In this document: in pieces, positions 1 through 10,429 of the stretch | How the letters are laid out: each line of letters begins with the position of its first letter | Position numbering within the stretch: the first letter of the stretch is position 1 | Assembly (NCBI GenBank): GCA_036172245.1 | Contig: JAYWIR010000108.1 | Span: forward strand, 62,001-126,000 | Source: Raillietiella orientalis | Lineage: Eukaryota | DNA: 64,000 nucleotides | Reading direction: 5' to 3' | The notes under the pieces: model-generated | Told to the model about the DNA's origin: nothing | The model's input: only the letters and a program-made list of their open reading frames with translations | Database searches by the model: none | Made by a program: the position numbers and the translations under genes

Positions 1-60
1 CCACGCGACAATCCATTGTGATTTTATTCTTTTGAATAAATGCCCCGGCATATCCGGGTG
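1..60 (+). mobile_element. 3' terminus of non-LTR element (subfamily E)
   Basis: AATAAA-TG-CCCCGGCATATCCGGGTG end motif; 3' UTR homologous to 1015-1192. Confidence 0.8.
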
Positions 61-995
61 AAAACGCGGACGACCGGTTTCTGCTTCGGTCCTGTTCCTT
101 CGGCGTGTCTGCTTTCCTCGCGCCTGTAGGAACTGACCTTTTTCTGTTGGGGCACATCCGCCTGATGTGCCCCTTCTCCCCACAGCCCAAGCACACGATG
201 TTGGGGCATTTCTTCTTCAGGTGCCCCGACACCTGGCAAAAGCCGCAGTATACGGGTTTCCCCACATACCACAGGTCGATCTCCTCCTCCCCGACCTGCA
301 GTCTGTGGGGTAGCCCACCCTCGGCACGTACCGTCACGCGCGCAGCGGCGTAACCACTAAATGCCCTGGTGTAACCCAGGACATTGGGTTTTGCCCACAA
401 CGCGTGGACCGTCCCGAACTTCTCCAAACTTTCCCGAACGGCGGTCTTGGCCATTCTCATCGTAATACCGGTGAGGTGGACAACGATGGAGTTGTCCGCC
501 GTGAACGGGAAGATTCTTCTCCCGTTCACGGTCACCGGCAGGCGGAGCAGCTGCTGAGCCATCCCTGCAGACTTGCAGTTCAGCTCAACCAGCTGCCCGC
601 ACTCCTAACCGAAAGTCCGAGGACTTCGTACTCCGGGACGTTCAATTTCTTGAACTCGGCCGCGAACGACCGCAAAACCGCGGGGGAGTACAGGCCACCT
701 GCCTTGTATAACAAGGCCAAGTTATACCCGTCGGCCATGTAGGCCCGCTGTTCCTCTGCGGGTGGCGGCGCAGGCGCCGCCACCACCGCGCTCCAAGCCC
801 TCGCCGGGGCGGGGGACGATTCCGTGGGGGAGATGGCCCCCACATCCATGGGCTGAAGGGACAAGGCTCGCTCGCCCCCCTCCGCCGTCTTTGCGGCGTC
901 CTCGGGCATCTCTGCCCAGGAACAACCGCTCACAGCTTACAGCCCCGAAAACACTCGCGAGAAAAACGCGGAGCACCACAAAAGCACGTCCAATC
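61..995 (-). mobile_element. 5' UTR and 5' half of gag-like ORF1 of an L1/Tx1-type element (3' part lost at the E insertion)
   Basis: 5' GGACGTGCTTTT motif near 990; MPEDAAK...GYNLALLYKAGGL; two knuckles CGFCQVSGHLKKKC and CLGCGEKGHIRRMC. Confidence 0.85.
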
Positions 996-1014
996 TCTCA
1001 GGCAGCGGGTTGTT

Positions 1015-1192
1015 CACACCCGGATGTGCCGGGGCATTTATTTCATAGAAATAAAATTACAGAAAAATGTCGCGTGGCGAACCCGAAGGTTCACCACTCC
1101 AAAACAGCTTGCTGCTTACCGGCTCCGTGCCGGAGAGGTCCTTCCGATGCGCGGGGATGGGAAATAAAGAAAAACAAAAAGAAACAAGTCTT
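1015..1192 (-). mobile_element. 3' UTR-only fragment (subfamily E)
   Basis: T-rich tract, GTGGTGAACC-TTCG-GGTTCGCCAC hairpin, AATAAA, terminal CCCGG hairpin. Confidence 0.75.
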
Positions 1193-1215
1193 CACGCGTT
1201 GTGGGCAAAACCCAA

Positions 1216-1352
1216 ACAAAAAGGAAGCGGTCTTCTCGCCTTCCTCACCTGAAACTGCGGCGTTCACAGGCATTTCTGCTTGTCAACGGCCGCGAAACAC
1301 ACACGAAATACCAGGCAAGAAAAACTCCCTATCCACGGAGCGCACAACAATC
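1216..1352 (-). mobile_element. 5' UTR plus first ~17 codons of ORF1
   Basis: GCAGAAATGCCT start context identical to the ORF1 starts at 15664 and 47998. Confidence 0.6.
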
Positions 1353-1363
1353 GCGACCGCCGT

Positions 1364-3036
1364 TTGCCACCCGGATATGCCGGGGCATTTATTATTCTAA
1401 TTTTCTACAAAAATTAGATAATAAAGTCTTTCAAAAGTTAATTGTGGGAAACACTTGGTTTTCCCACCTTGGTTGACGTGTCTGTTGCCGGTGCATAGAC
1501 CGGTTAGGTCCATTCCCGAGACGCATGGAAAGGAAAAACTAGAACAAAAACAAACAAAAAGAGAGATAACGGGGGAGGGAAACAGATGTATGGGAGAGGG
1601 GGGGGAGCAGGGAAGGGATCACTGGGCGCCTGGGTCGGTCCTCCGCATCCTGTTCAGGATGCAGTCAAGTTCACTTTTTATCGTGAAAGATAGACGTCAC
1701 CTTGTCGCCGTCTCTAAAGAGATCGTTGTCCAGTGGATGGCGACCATGCATCTTGAGCCTCTTCATCTGGCGCGCCACCTTTGCACAATGCCGCGCACGC
1801 AGCAGAGGACTGCTAGAGACGCAGCGGGGCGCAGGCCGTCACGAAGAAAGAGGCGACGGTAAATTTCCTGAGGGTCGCCTACTGGAAGATGAAGGATTGG
1901 GGCGATTCGACTCCAGAGTCCATCCAGGGCGACACACTCGAGGGTGAGATGCGGGAAGGTTTCTCTTTCTCCGCACTCGACACAGCGGGCATCCACATTC
2001 CCCAGTGTCCAGTGAGACAGGCGTGCTCTGCTTAACAGTCCCCAGTGCAGAAATTGCAACGCCGTCTCCTGCCACTTCAACGGAAGTGTGCCGTAATCCC
2101 AACACGCTGGGGGCGACTTCACCTCCTCCGGAGGTATTGCGAGCAGCTCTCCCCAGCGCGCAAGTCCGTGAGGCGGGACGCTCGGGGTGGCAGCGTTTGT
2201 GAGCTCCCGAGTCGTCCACGCCTTTAAAGGTTTTTCCTGCCTCGGATGAGGCAGGACACTTCCCACGATGCTTCCTCGTTACTGCTCCTACTGTTTTTCA
2301 GGGAGGACAGAACGGGGGCAAAAAGGCTCAAAGAAGCCCACAGAAACTTCCGGGGCGTGTCGATAATATCCTGCAGCGGCTGTCGAACGTACGGTCCTCG
2401 TCGTAGGCAGTTGTATTCCGCCTCGCTCGTACCGGTGATCTTAGCCCACGCGGAAGCTGACTCCTGAAGCCAGGCAGTGCAGTTCGCTGGGATGCAGGAG
2501 ATCCAGGTATTCTCCCTCATCAGGGCGACCATCTGGCGCAAATCGGGACCACAGTTGGAGAGGCTGCGCTGGCAGCCCACGAGGATCGAGGACAATCCTT
2601 CGCAGCCGGTCGCTCTTCTGGCGAGGAGCCGTGCCGGATCGCACAATGGCGTCATCCATAAGCTAGCCGCAAGGGCTAACTTTGGAATTCTTGTTTGAAG
2701 TTGGATGCGCTCCAACGTAAGGAGGCCTAAGCCACCATCCCTGCGTGGAGCGCACAAGTCTTTCAATCGGACTCGCGACCTCGCTGTGCCCCAAAGGGCA
2801 GTCCTCAAGAGGGCTTTGGTCCGTCTCTGTATGATGGGAGGGGCGGGGCAAACAAAAAGTAAGGGGCGAAGGAGAAGGGGCCGCGAACGCGTTATACACC
2901 GCGGCCCGCTCCTGCAAGTAAAACTTGCTGTTCCGGAACGGGCCGATCGCCAACTCCACCTTTTGGAGACGGTCGGACCAGGCTTCTGCAACGCAGAAGT
3001 CCCCCAACGGAACGCCAAGGTACTTGAAGCACCTGC
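1364..3036 (-). mobile_element. Subfamily A, 3' part of ORF2 (end of RT, C-terminal Zn finger) and 3' UTR
   Basis: FKYLGVPLG; RRDGGLGLLTL; CVECGERETFPHLTLEC; near-identical inverted copy at 61.64-63.31 kb; frameshifted. Confidence 0.9.
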
Positions 3037-3240
3037 CGATCCAACGATGTCGACCCAACTTGAAGCTAGTGAAGTTTGGGGAACAGCATCCGGATCTGCA
3101 ATCGCGGAACCGACGGCCGCCTCCACTTCGTCTTTCTCCCCAATGGAGAGGAGTTTTGCTGACGTTGGTGCCACAGCAGCCGTCAAAGGGAAACCACTCG
3201 ACGAGTCGGAGAAGGCTATAGACCTGCTCTCCGATATAAG

Positions 3241-4950
3241 GTGAGTGGTTTTCTTTCTGCGCGCGACGGGAATCAGTTCAACGATGAACTGACCCGTGCT
3301 GGCGTGCGTGAGGAGGACCTTCTCGCCATTATGCCCGTAAAAGACATGGGCTATTTCAAGGTGCTTTGCAAAGACGCTGCACTTGTGCAACGCTTGCTGC
3401 GCACCCCGTTGTCGATCCGTGGCCAGAATGTCTTCCCGGCCGCCAAGGACGACTCATTTGTGGCGGAGATTTTCGACATCGAGTCGGAAATCTCCGATAT
3501 TGATATTCGGAACGCGTTGGCGAAATTCGCCACGGTCAATGCGCTGTGGAGGGTGCGTAGCAACCTCAAGGACTTCCCGTCCATACACAGCGGAGTCGCT
3601 GGAGTCCGGCTTACAATGCCGGACCGCCGTCTGCTGCCCACCAAACTACAGGTGAAAGACACAGTCGTTCACCTGTGGTTCGTGGGCAAAGTAAGAACGT
3701 GCGAGCAATGCGGGAAGGAGGGGCATTGTTTGGAAAAATGCCATTCTGGAAAATGCCGTTATTGCAAACTATCCGGGCACCAATTGAAAAATTGCCCGGA
3801 TCTTTTGCGAAAAAAGGCAGCCGCGGAGCTCCATTTTAAAAAACAAAGCGCGGATAATAAGAAAAAATCTGCGAAAAACCTGGAGACCCCACGGCAGAAA
3901 TTCCGTAAAAACGCGAGGCGGAATGTCGCCCCAAAGCAGCAGGAAACCTCGCACGCGAAGCCCTGCGCACCCCCTCTCGCGGCAGGGGAGCCGCAAAAGA
4001 AAGGGTGCGGGGAATCCGGGGCAATGGTAAGTCCCCCTAGGCGCAATAGCTGTCCTTCCCAAGCACGCCCGGCTCTCTCGGAGTTCGAGCAACCGGCGGG
4101 GACGCCAATGGACAACGGCGGTAAGGACACTTCCAGTACCGTCAGATCCATTCCTTCACCTCCTGCAGTGGCTGAGAAGCCCAAATCGGGTAAGAAGGGT
4201 TGTGCCGTGTCGACTTCGAAAGTCGGCAAAAAAAAATCCGCGTCGCGATCCAACACCGCGAAAGCGGAGAAAAATCTCACGCCGTCGCAGTCGGAGAGCA
4301 AGCTCTCGACTGGCGCGGATGCCATGCTAACGAAGGGATTAGAAGCCCTTCCGAAAGCAGCGTCCATGACGAGCGTGTCGGAGCCATCGAAAGTGCTCCC
4401 GTCCAAAGGCGCGGATGGCTTTAAAGATGGCCATGGAGCACAATCTCCATTTACGGCGCCACGCGAAGTGAGGAACCGTAATGAAGTAAAGAAGACTTCA
4501 GCAAAGGTCCCTCGTGCAACTGCGCGTGAGCACGCTGAAAACGCGCGCGCCGGGAAAGCAGCCGTCACCAAAAGCGATGCTCTGGTGACGGAAGACGACA
4601 ACAGGACAGCTGTCAATACAGCAGAATTTGTCACTGCTTCGCGGAAGGCCGAAACCCGATCGAACATGCGCCGGTCGGACTCCGAAATGGATGCCGTTCC
4701 GTTCACCGAGACGAGGACAACTCGTTCGAAAGCGTGTGCGCGCCGATCAAAAGTAGGCAGCCAGGCAACGCTCGCCGCGAAGCAACGCGAAGTCTCCACG
4801 AAACCCGACGGGGTTCAGCCTGGCGCGGAGGCATTACATGCATGCAGCACGACAAATGACGGTGGCGACCGTCCCCTCCAGCTAGTCGTGCTGCTCGCCG
4901 TCTGCTCGCCGCATAAAGCGAGCAAAAAGCCGCCACCTTCCCAGCAGTAA
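3241..4950 (+). pseudogene. ORF1 gag-like protein with 2 CCHC zinc knuckles (N-terminus from 3048 in another frame)
   Basis: CEQCGKEGHCLEKC, CRYCKLSGHQLKNC; long K/A/S-rich tail. Confidence 0.85.
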
Positions 4951-7234
4951 TGCGGGGAATCGCGTCTTCTCGTCGTCTGTCCGTCACGTGTTGGAACGTG
5001 AACGGACTACAGAACGACGAGAAGAGGCGATTAGTGGCCAACGCCCTGCGCCCCTTCGACCTCGCGCTCCTGCAGGAGATTCACGTAATCTCCGACGAGC
5101 AGGCAGCCGAAATCGAGGAGCGCACAGGCGGAAAGCTATATTGGCGGTGCGGCGTCGTGTTTTTCGTAAGAAGAAAAATGGAGGAAGCGGTGCGTAGTGT
5201 TCGTTTCGATGACGAAGGACGGATAAACCAGCTTGTCTTCATGTGGTCCGAGTCCATCGATCTCGTCGTTACGAACGTCTACGCGCCGAGTGGCTCTCGC
5301 TACCTCGAAGAAAGAGTAGCTTTCTTTGGTGAGGTGCAGAGCCTCTGGCTCAACAACTTCGGCTTCCAAGTGGCGCACCTCGTCGCTGGGGACTTCAACG
5401 TCCGCCTGCTCTCCGACGATTGGAGCCGCCCGAGGGAGCGCGCGCTGCCCATCGAGATGTGCACGTCCGTGCACGTTGCCAACTTGATGGTCTGCGAACC
5501 TGGAATGGAAAGATCGCTCGAGCACGTTTTCCTCGATGAAAACCTGCATTCGCGTGTGGGTAGGAGAGGAAGATTGTTGACTAGGCTTTCTGACCACCAC
5601 AGGTTGGAGTTTGAGATCCTTCCGTCAGGCAGGGGGCCTCCGTTGCATAACTGCAGGATGCAGGCGGATTGGCTCCGTCAACCGGAGGCTGCGGAGCATC
5701 TACGTGGACACCTCCGAGGCTTTGCCATTCAAGAACTTGCGGACTTGGACGATCTCAAAAGATCTGTCCACGAGTTCTGCTGCCAATTGCCCTTGCACCG
5801 GCTTTCACGTGGTTTCGAAGAGGGTGTGGCCAACAGTAGAGACTTTCTGCAGATTTCGAGACGCGCGGATGTCGGGCGTCTTTCATAGTACAAGGCGAGG
5901 GCCGAGCGCTAGGTCTGGCAGTCCGGAGAAGCATGCCTGTTGGACGACAAGGGCTCGACGAGCCCTTCACGGCGGATGAATTTTCGTCCGCCATCGCTGG
6001 GCTGAAAAGACGAAAGGCGCAAGGCGAGGATGGGCTCCCTGGAGAGTTTTATCAGTGCTTTGAAGTGGAGCTTATTCCCTTCATGCTGAGACTCGCGACG
6101 CTGATGAGTGAATCCGGGAATCTCCCGGATTCCTTCCTCTCAGCGAAGGTGCGTCTCCTGCCGAAAGGCGGAGACTTGCGTCAACTTAACAACTGGCGTC
6201 CGATCACCTTGGTGAACTCGGACGTCAAGTTGTTTTCCAAGATGTGGGTCGCGCGGTTAGGAAGTATCGCGGAATCTGTGGTGAGCACGGAACAAACCTA
6301 CGCGGTTCCGGGACGATCCATGGAGGCGAACATCCTTTTCGCGCGTACATTGATGCAGCTGCAGGAACTTGTGGCGCAGCAAAGCCAGCCTGCTGATAAA
6401 GTCACTGCTGCAGGCAAGAAGCACAGGCGCCGACGGCAGGAGAGAACGCCAGGTGCCTTGGCGGTCGCGGTCGATCTCCACAAGGCGTTCGAATGCGTAA
6501 ACCAGAAGCTGCTTTTGGAGCTTATGGAAAGCCTTGGGTTCCCGGCGCAACTCCTGCTGTATTTGAGCGCGTGCTGGCGCCACGCGCTAACCTGCATCAC
6601 TTTCAGCGGCTGCCGCGTGTATGGTATTCCCGTTCGTAGGAACGTCCGACAGGGCGACAGCTTAAGCCCGTTGCTCTTCAGCATCTTCTTCGAGCTGGTG
6701 CTTAGAGCATACAGGCTGACGCTGTCTCACTTGCCAAGCCTCTGCCTGGGAACGCCTGCCGTGGCCGCCTACGCTGATGACCTGCTTCTTCTGCTCCCCA
6801 TGTCCACCCCGGCGTCCAGTGTCAAAGATTTCTTCGACCTGATTCGTCGGGGAGCGGGCGTGAGCGTGAACAGAGAGAAGAGCGTGGTCGTTCCTGTGGG
6901 TACGTCGTGGGAGGGACAGTCCGACTGGATCCGCCTGGGGATACCCATGAGCGGGTACTTCAAGTACCTTGGCGTTCCGTTGGGCGCTTTCGGCGCAGCC
7001 GAGGCGTGGGCGGACTGTCTTCAGAAAGCAGAGTTGGCCATCTGCCCGTTCTTTAACGGCAAGTTTACCTTGCAGGAACGGGCGACTATTTGGAACACCT
7101 TTGTGGCCCCCCTTCTCCGTCCCCTGTTTTTTGTTTTGCACTTCCCCTATGCGGCAAAATGCGGGCTAAAAGCCTGCTCAGGAACGCTCTCTGGGGTCCG
7201 GCGAGATCGAGGATCCGCCTTAAAGATTTGTTAG
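4950..7234 (+). pseudogene. ORF2 APE endonuclease and reverse transcriptase (stops, internal deletion near 5955)
   Basis: WNVNG, LQEIH, NVYAP, AGDFN, SDH; NWRPITL, DLHKAF, RQGDSLSP, YADD, KYLG. Confidence 0.92.
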
Positions 7235-8180
7235 CTCCGCGTCGGGATGCTGGTTTGGGTATGTTGACAATGGAGCGAATCGGACTGCAGGTGCAGTTCC
7301 TACTGTTAGCACTGTGTGCCCAGCTATGGACATCCCCCCTGTGTGTGTCAGCCCGCATTCTCCTACGGAGATGCACCGGCAGCGGAGGATTTCTCTCGCT
7401 TTTGCCGGGCACTCATTACAGGAAGCGGGGTTTCGGGTTTCCATTGCGGCAGTTGACCGCACTTCTGGAAGCACACTCGTGGATCTCCTGCCGCCCAATA
7501 AACTTTGAAGCTGGGCGGCAGGAGTCTGTTGAATCCTGAACGGCGTTCCAATAAAGGCGCCCTGAAGATCTTCGCCCCCTGCGCCAATTTTTTCCACGAT
7601 CCTTGGAAGAAGTACTGCAGGACGAGGTGAAGTTTTCTATCCTGGCTGCCGCGCCTCTTGCCGCAGCGCTGTCTGCCCTGAGGGCAAGAAACGACAGTTA
7701 CCAATTGGCGAGGTGGGAGATTTTCGGCACGATAGCGGGAAAAACCAAACTTCTTGACGCCTGGAAGACGAGTGAGTTGACGGACGCCTCCACTCCTCGT
7801 TTAAACTGCAAAGGAACTCCTCCGGTGGGCAGAAGAACTTGCTGTCACCCCCGAAGAACTTGTAGTCCCTCCACAGTGTATTGAAGGTTCGCTGCTCCCC
7901 CTTGCTTGGAAACAAGCCATGGTGCTTTTCGTTCACTGGTGTTTTCATTGGCATCGTGACTCCTTGGGACTTGCGTCTGCGAACTGATTTCGTAGCGGAT
8001 CGACGGAGTCGATTCCGCACCTACTTCTGAACTTCGGTGTCCTACAAGGACTGCGGCGTAGGCTGGCAACAGCACTAATGCACCCCGTGGACACCGCAAG
8101 AGACTTGCTGCGACGATTCTTCACGCCGAGCGGGCTGTTCCTAAGCGCAAGGATTGCAACCATCGGTTGCATACGCGCGA

Positions 8181-10216
8181 TACGGCCAAAGGCCACAATC
8201 TTCGATGGCTACGATAGCCTTTTCGGAGGGCAGGCCGCCGCGCGCGTGACGGTGAAAGAGAGTGGGCTTCCCCACAAACTAGAGGTCAATGGCGAAGTCG
8301 TAGACCTCTGGTACGTGGGGAAACCCCGCTTTTGTGGCTACTGCAATGCAGTAGGACACTTGCGCAAGCGGTGCCCGAACATTGTGTGCCACTTATGAGA
8401 GTAGAAGGGACACGTACGCCGCATATGCCCTAAACGCCCCACTCCGGTGCCGCCTGCTGCAAAGAAAGCACAGGCAAAACGCGGTAAACTGGTCGAAAGA
8501 CCAAAAAGCGATACTGGCCGGCAGCAGCCGCTAGCCCCTGTTCCTCCCACACAGGCGTCGGAAGAAAAACCCTCCGAAGACGCGGGAGTCCAAGACGGCT
8601 GGCAGCTGGTCAAGGCCAGGAAGGAGACAAAGGTGCCCCCCGCGGAACCCGCGAAAGCGGTAAAAAAGACAGCCGGCAAGGCGAAGAAACCTGGGCCGCG
8701 CTCTAAGACCATGCGGGAGTGTACGGTAGCACTGGAGCGCATAGCCGTTCCCGAGATTGCCACCCGGGGCGACGAGCCTTCCCTCGCCGTTTCCGCCGCG
8801 CCCGAGGTTCGCGACGGCGAACCCTCTGTTTACACAGAGGGTGAGCCGCGCGACGCGCCGGTCGACACCGAGGACGCCGCGTTCGCAAAGGCGGCGGAGG
8901 AGCTCGCGGCCACGCTGGCGGAGCGTGAGAACCCCTCAGGCAAGGCCGTGCGAAGGCCGGCTCCCGCGAAAAAGGCCCCCACAGGTGAGTCGGACCTGGG
9001 GGCCGGAAGTGCATCCTCCTCCTCGGAGGCACCCCCCAGGAAGTCGGGACGCAAGTCCCAGAAACCCAGGAGGCGCCTCCCCTCCACCAGCGAGGGGGAG
9101 AAGCAGGAAGGTAGCGCTAGCGTGGGAATCCCGGAGGGGGAACTCCCACGCTCGGAAGCCGTCGAGCCGGCCACCCCCATGGAGGAGGGTGAGCAGGGGG
9201 GCGAAGTCCTCCCTGCAGTCGCCGAGCCTGAACAGCCCGCCCCCATGGAGGAGGGCCAACAGGTAGGCGCGACCCCACTTAAGGGTGACCCCTCGACGCG
9301 CCGTTACCCATGGAGGAGGGGGACCAGGTGCACGCAGCGCCTGACCCTCCTCCTCCACCTAGCGTCCCGCCCCAACAGGTGGCGGACGCCGCATCGCCAT
9401 CTTCCCAGGAATAACACCTGGGCTCGCCAGTCGCCGTCGGATTCGCGCCGTCTGTTGGAACGTCAACGGGCTGCGCGACGACGGTAACAGGCGAGATACG
9501 GCCGACACCCTGCGTGAGCTCGACCTGGCCCTGCTGCAGGAGATCCACGTGATCACCGCGGCAGACGCCCAGGAGATCGAGACGATCGCGGGGGGTCGGC
9601 TGTATTGGCGGTGCGGCCTCCGCAACACCTGAGGGGTCGCGTTCTTCGTGAAGCCGGCCATCGACGCGGCCGTGAAGGGCGTGCGCTTCGATGACGACGG
9701 TCGGGTCGTTCAGCTGATTCTCAGCTGGTCCGACTCGATCGAATTGATCTTCACGAATGTGTACGCCCCCAGCGGTAAACAGGGATACAGCGACCGTACC
9801 AGGCTGCTGGATTCCCTGAAGCGCGACTGGCTGGCGGACACGAACGTGCGTAAGGCTCACCTGATAGCGGGAGATTTCAATCTCCGTCTGCTAACAGGTG
9901 AGCCAGAAACACAAGAGAACGCGATGAACGAGTTGTGCGCCGCCATGCGTGCGCGCAACTTGTTCGCGGGTGAGAGGGGAATGGTCCGCAGCATCGAACA
10001 CGTCTTCCTCGACGCTGACCTGTGTTCACGGGTCGGCAAACGGGGGAGGGTTGCGTCGACGTTGTCGGACCATTCCCGGTTAATTTTCGAGATGCGGCCT
10101 CGTGACAAGAGACCGCCATCCAGGGATTGGCGTCTGCCGGGGGACTGGACGCGACTCTTAGGTGCGAAGGAGTACCTTCGCGAACACCTGAGAGGTGTCC
10201 CGCTCCGGAATCTCCA
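8181..10216 (+). mobile_element. Subfamily B1, 3' part of ORF1 and APE; continues at 15748
   Basis: CGYCNAVGHLRKRC knuckle; PMEEG repeats; APE motifs; sequence resumes after the TSD at 15748. Confidence 0.9.
10201..10216 (+). repeat. Target-site duplication, left copy (right copy 15748-15763)
   Basis: Exact CGCTCCGGAATCTCCA on both sides; host frame LRNL|QDWD rejoins. Confidence 0.95.
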
Positions 10217-10429
10217 TTGAAACCCGGGTGCGCCGGGAGGTTTATTTTAAAGAATAAACTTATACAATCTGTGACTGGACCAGTAGTCCAGCCACGCCCT
10301 GGAAAGATATAGCCTGCCGGGCTACCGGTGCGCAGACCGGCGCGGTCGACCTCGGCAGCAGAGGGGAGGGGGAACGAAACAAAAAGAAAACAAAAAATAA
10401 ACAAAAATCAGGGAGGGAGCGGGAAGGAA

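Larger units (their letters stand above)
3037..8180 (+). mobile_element. Subfamily F (D/F group) near-full-length decayed element lacking the 3' UTR
   Basis: ORF1 3048-4950, APE 4950-5888, RT 5933-7234, frameshifted C-terminus. Confidence 0.9.
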
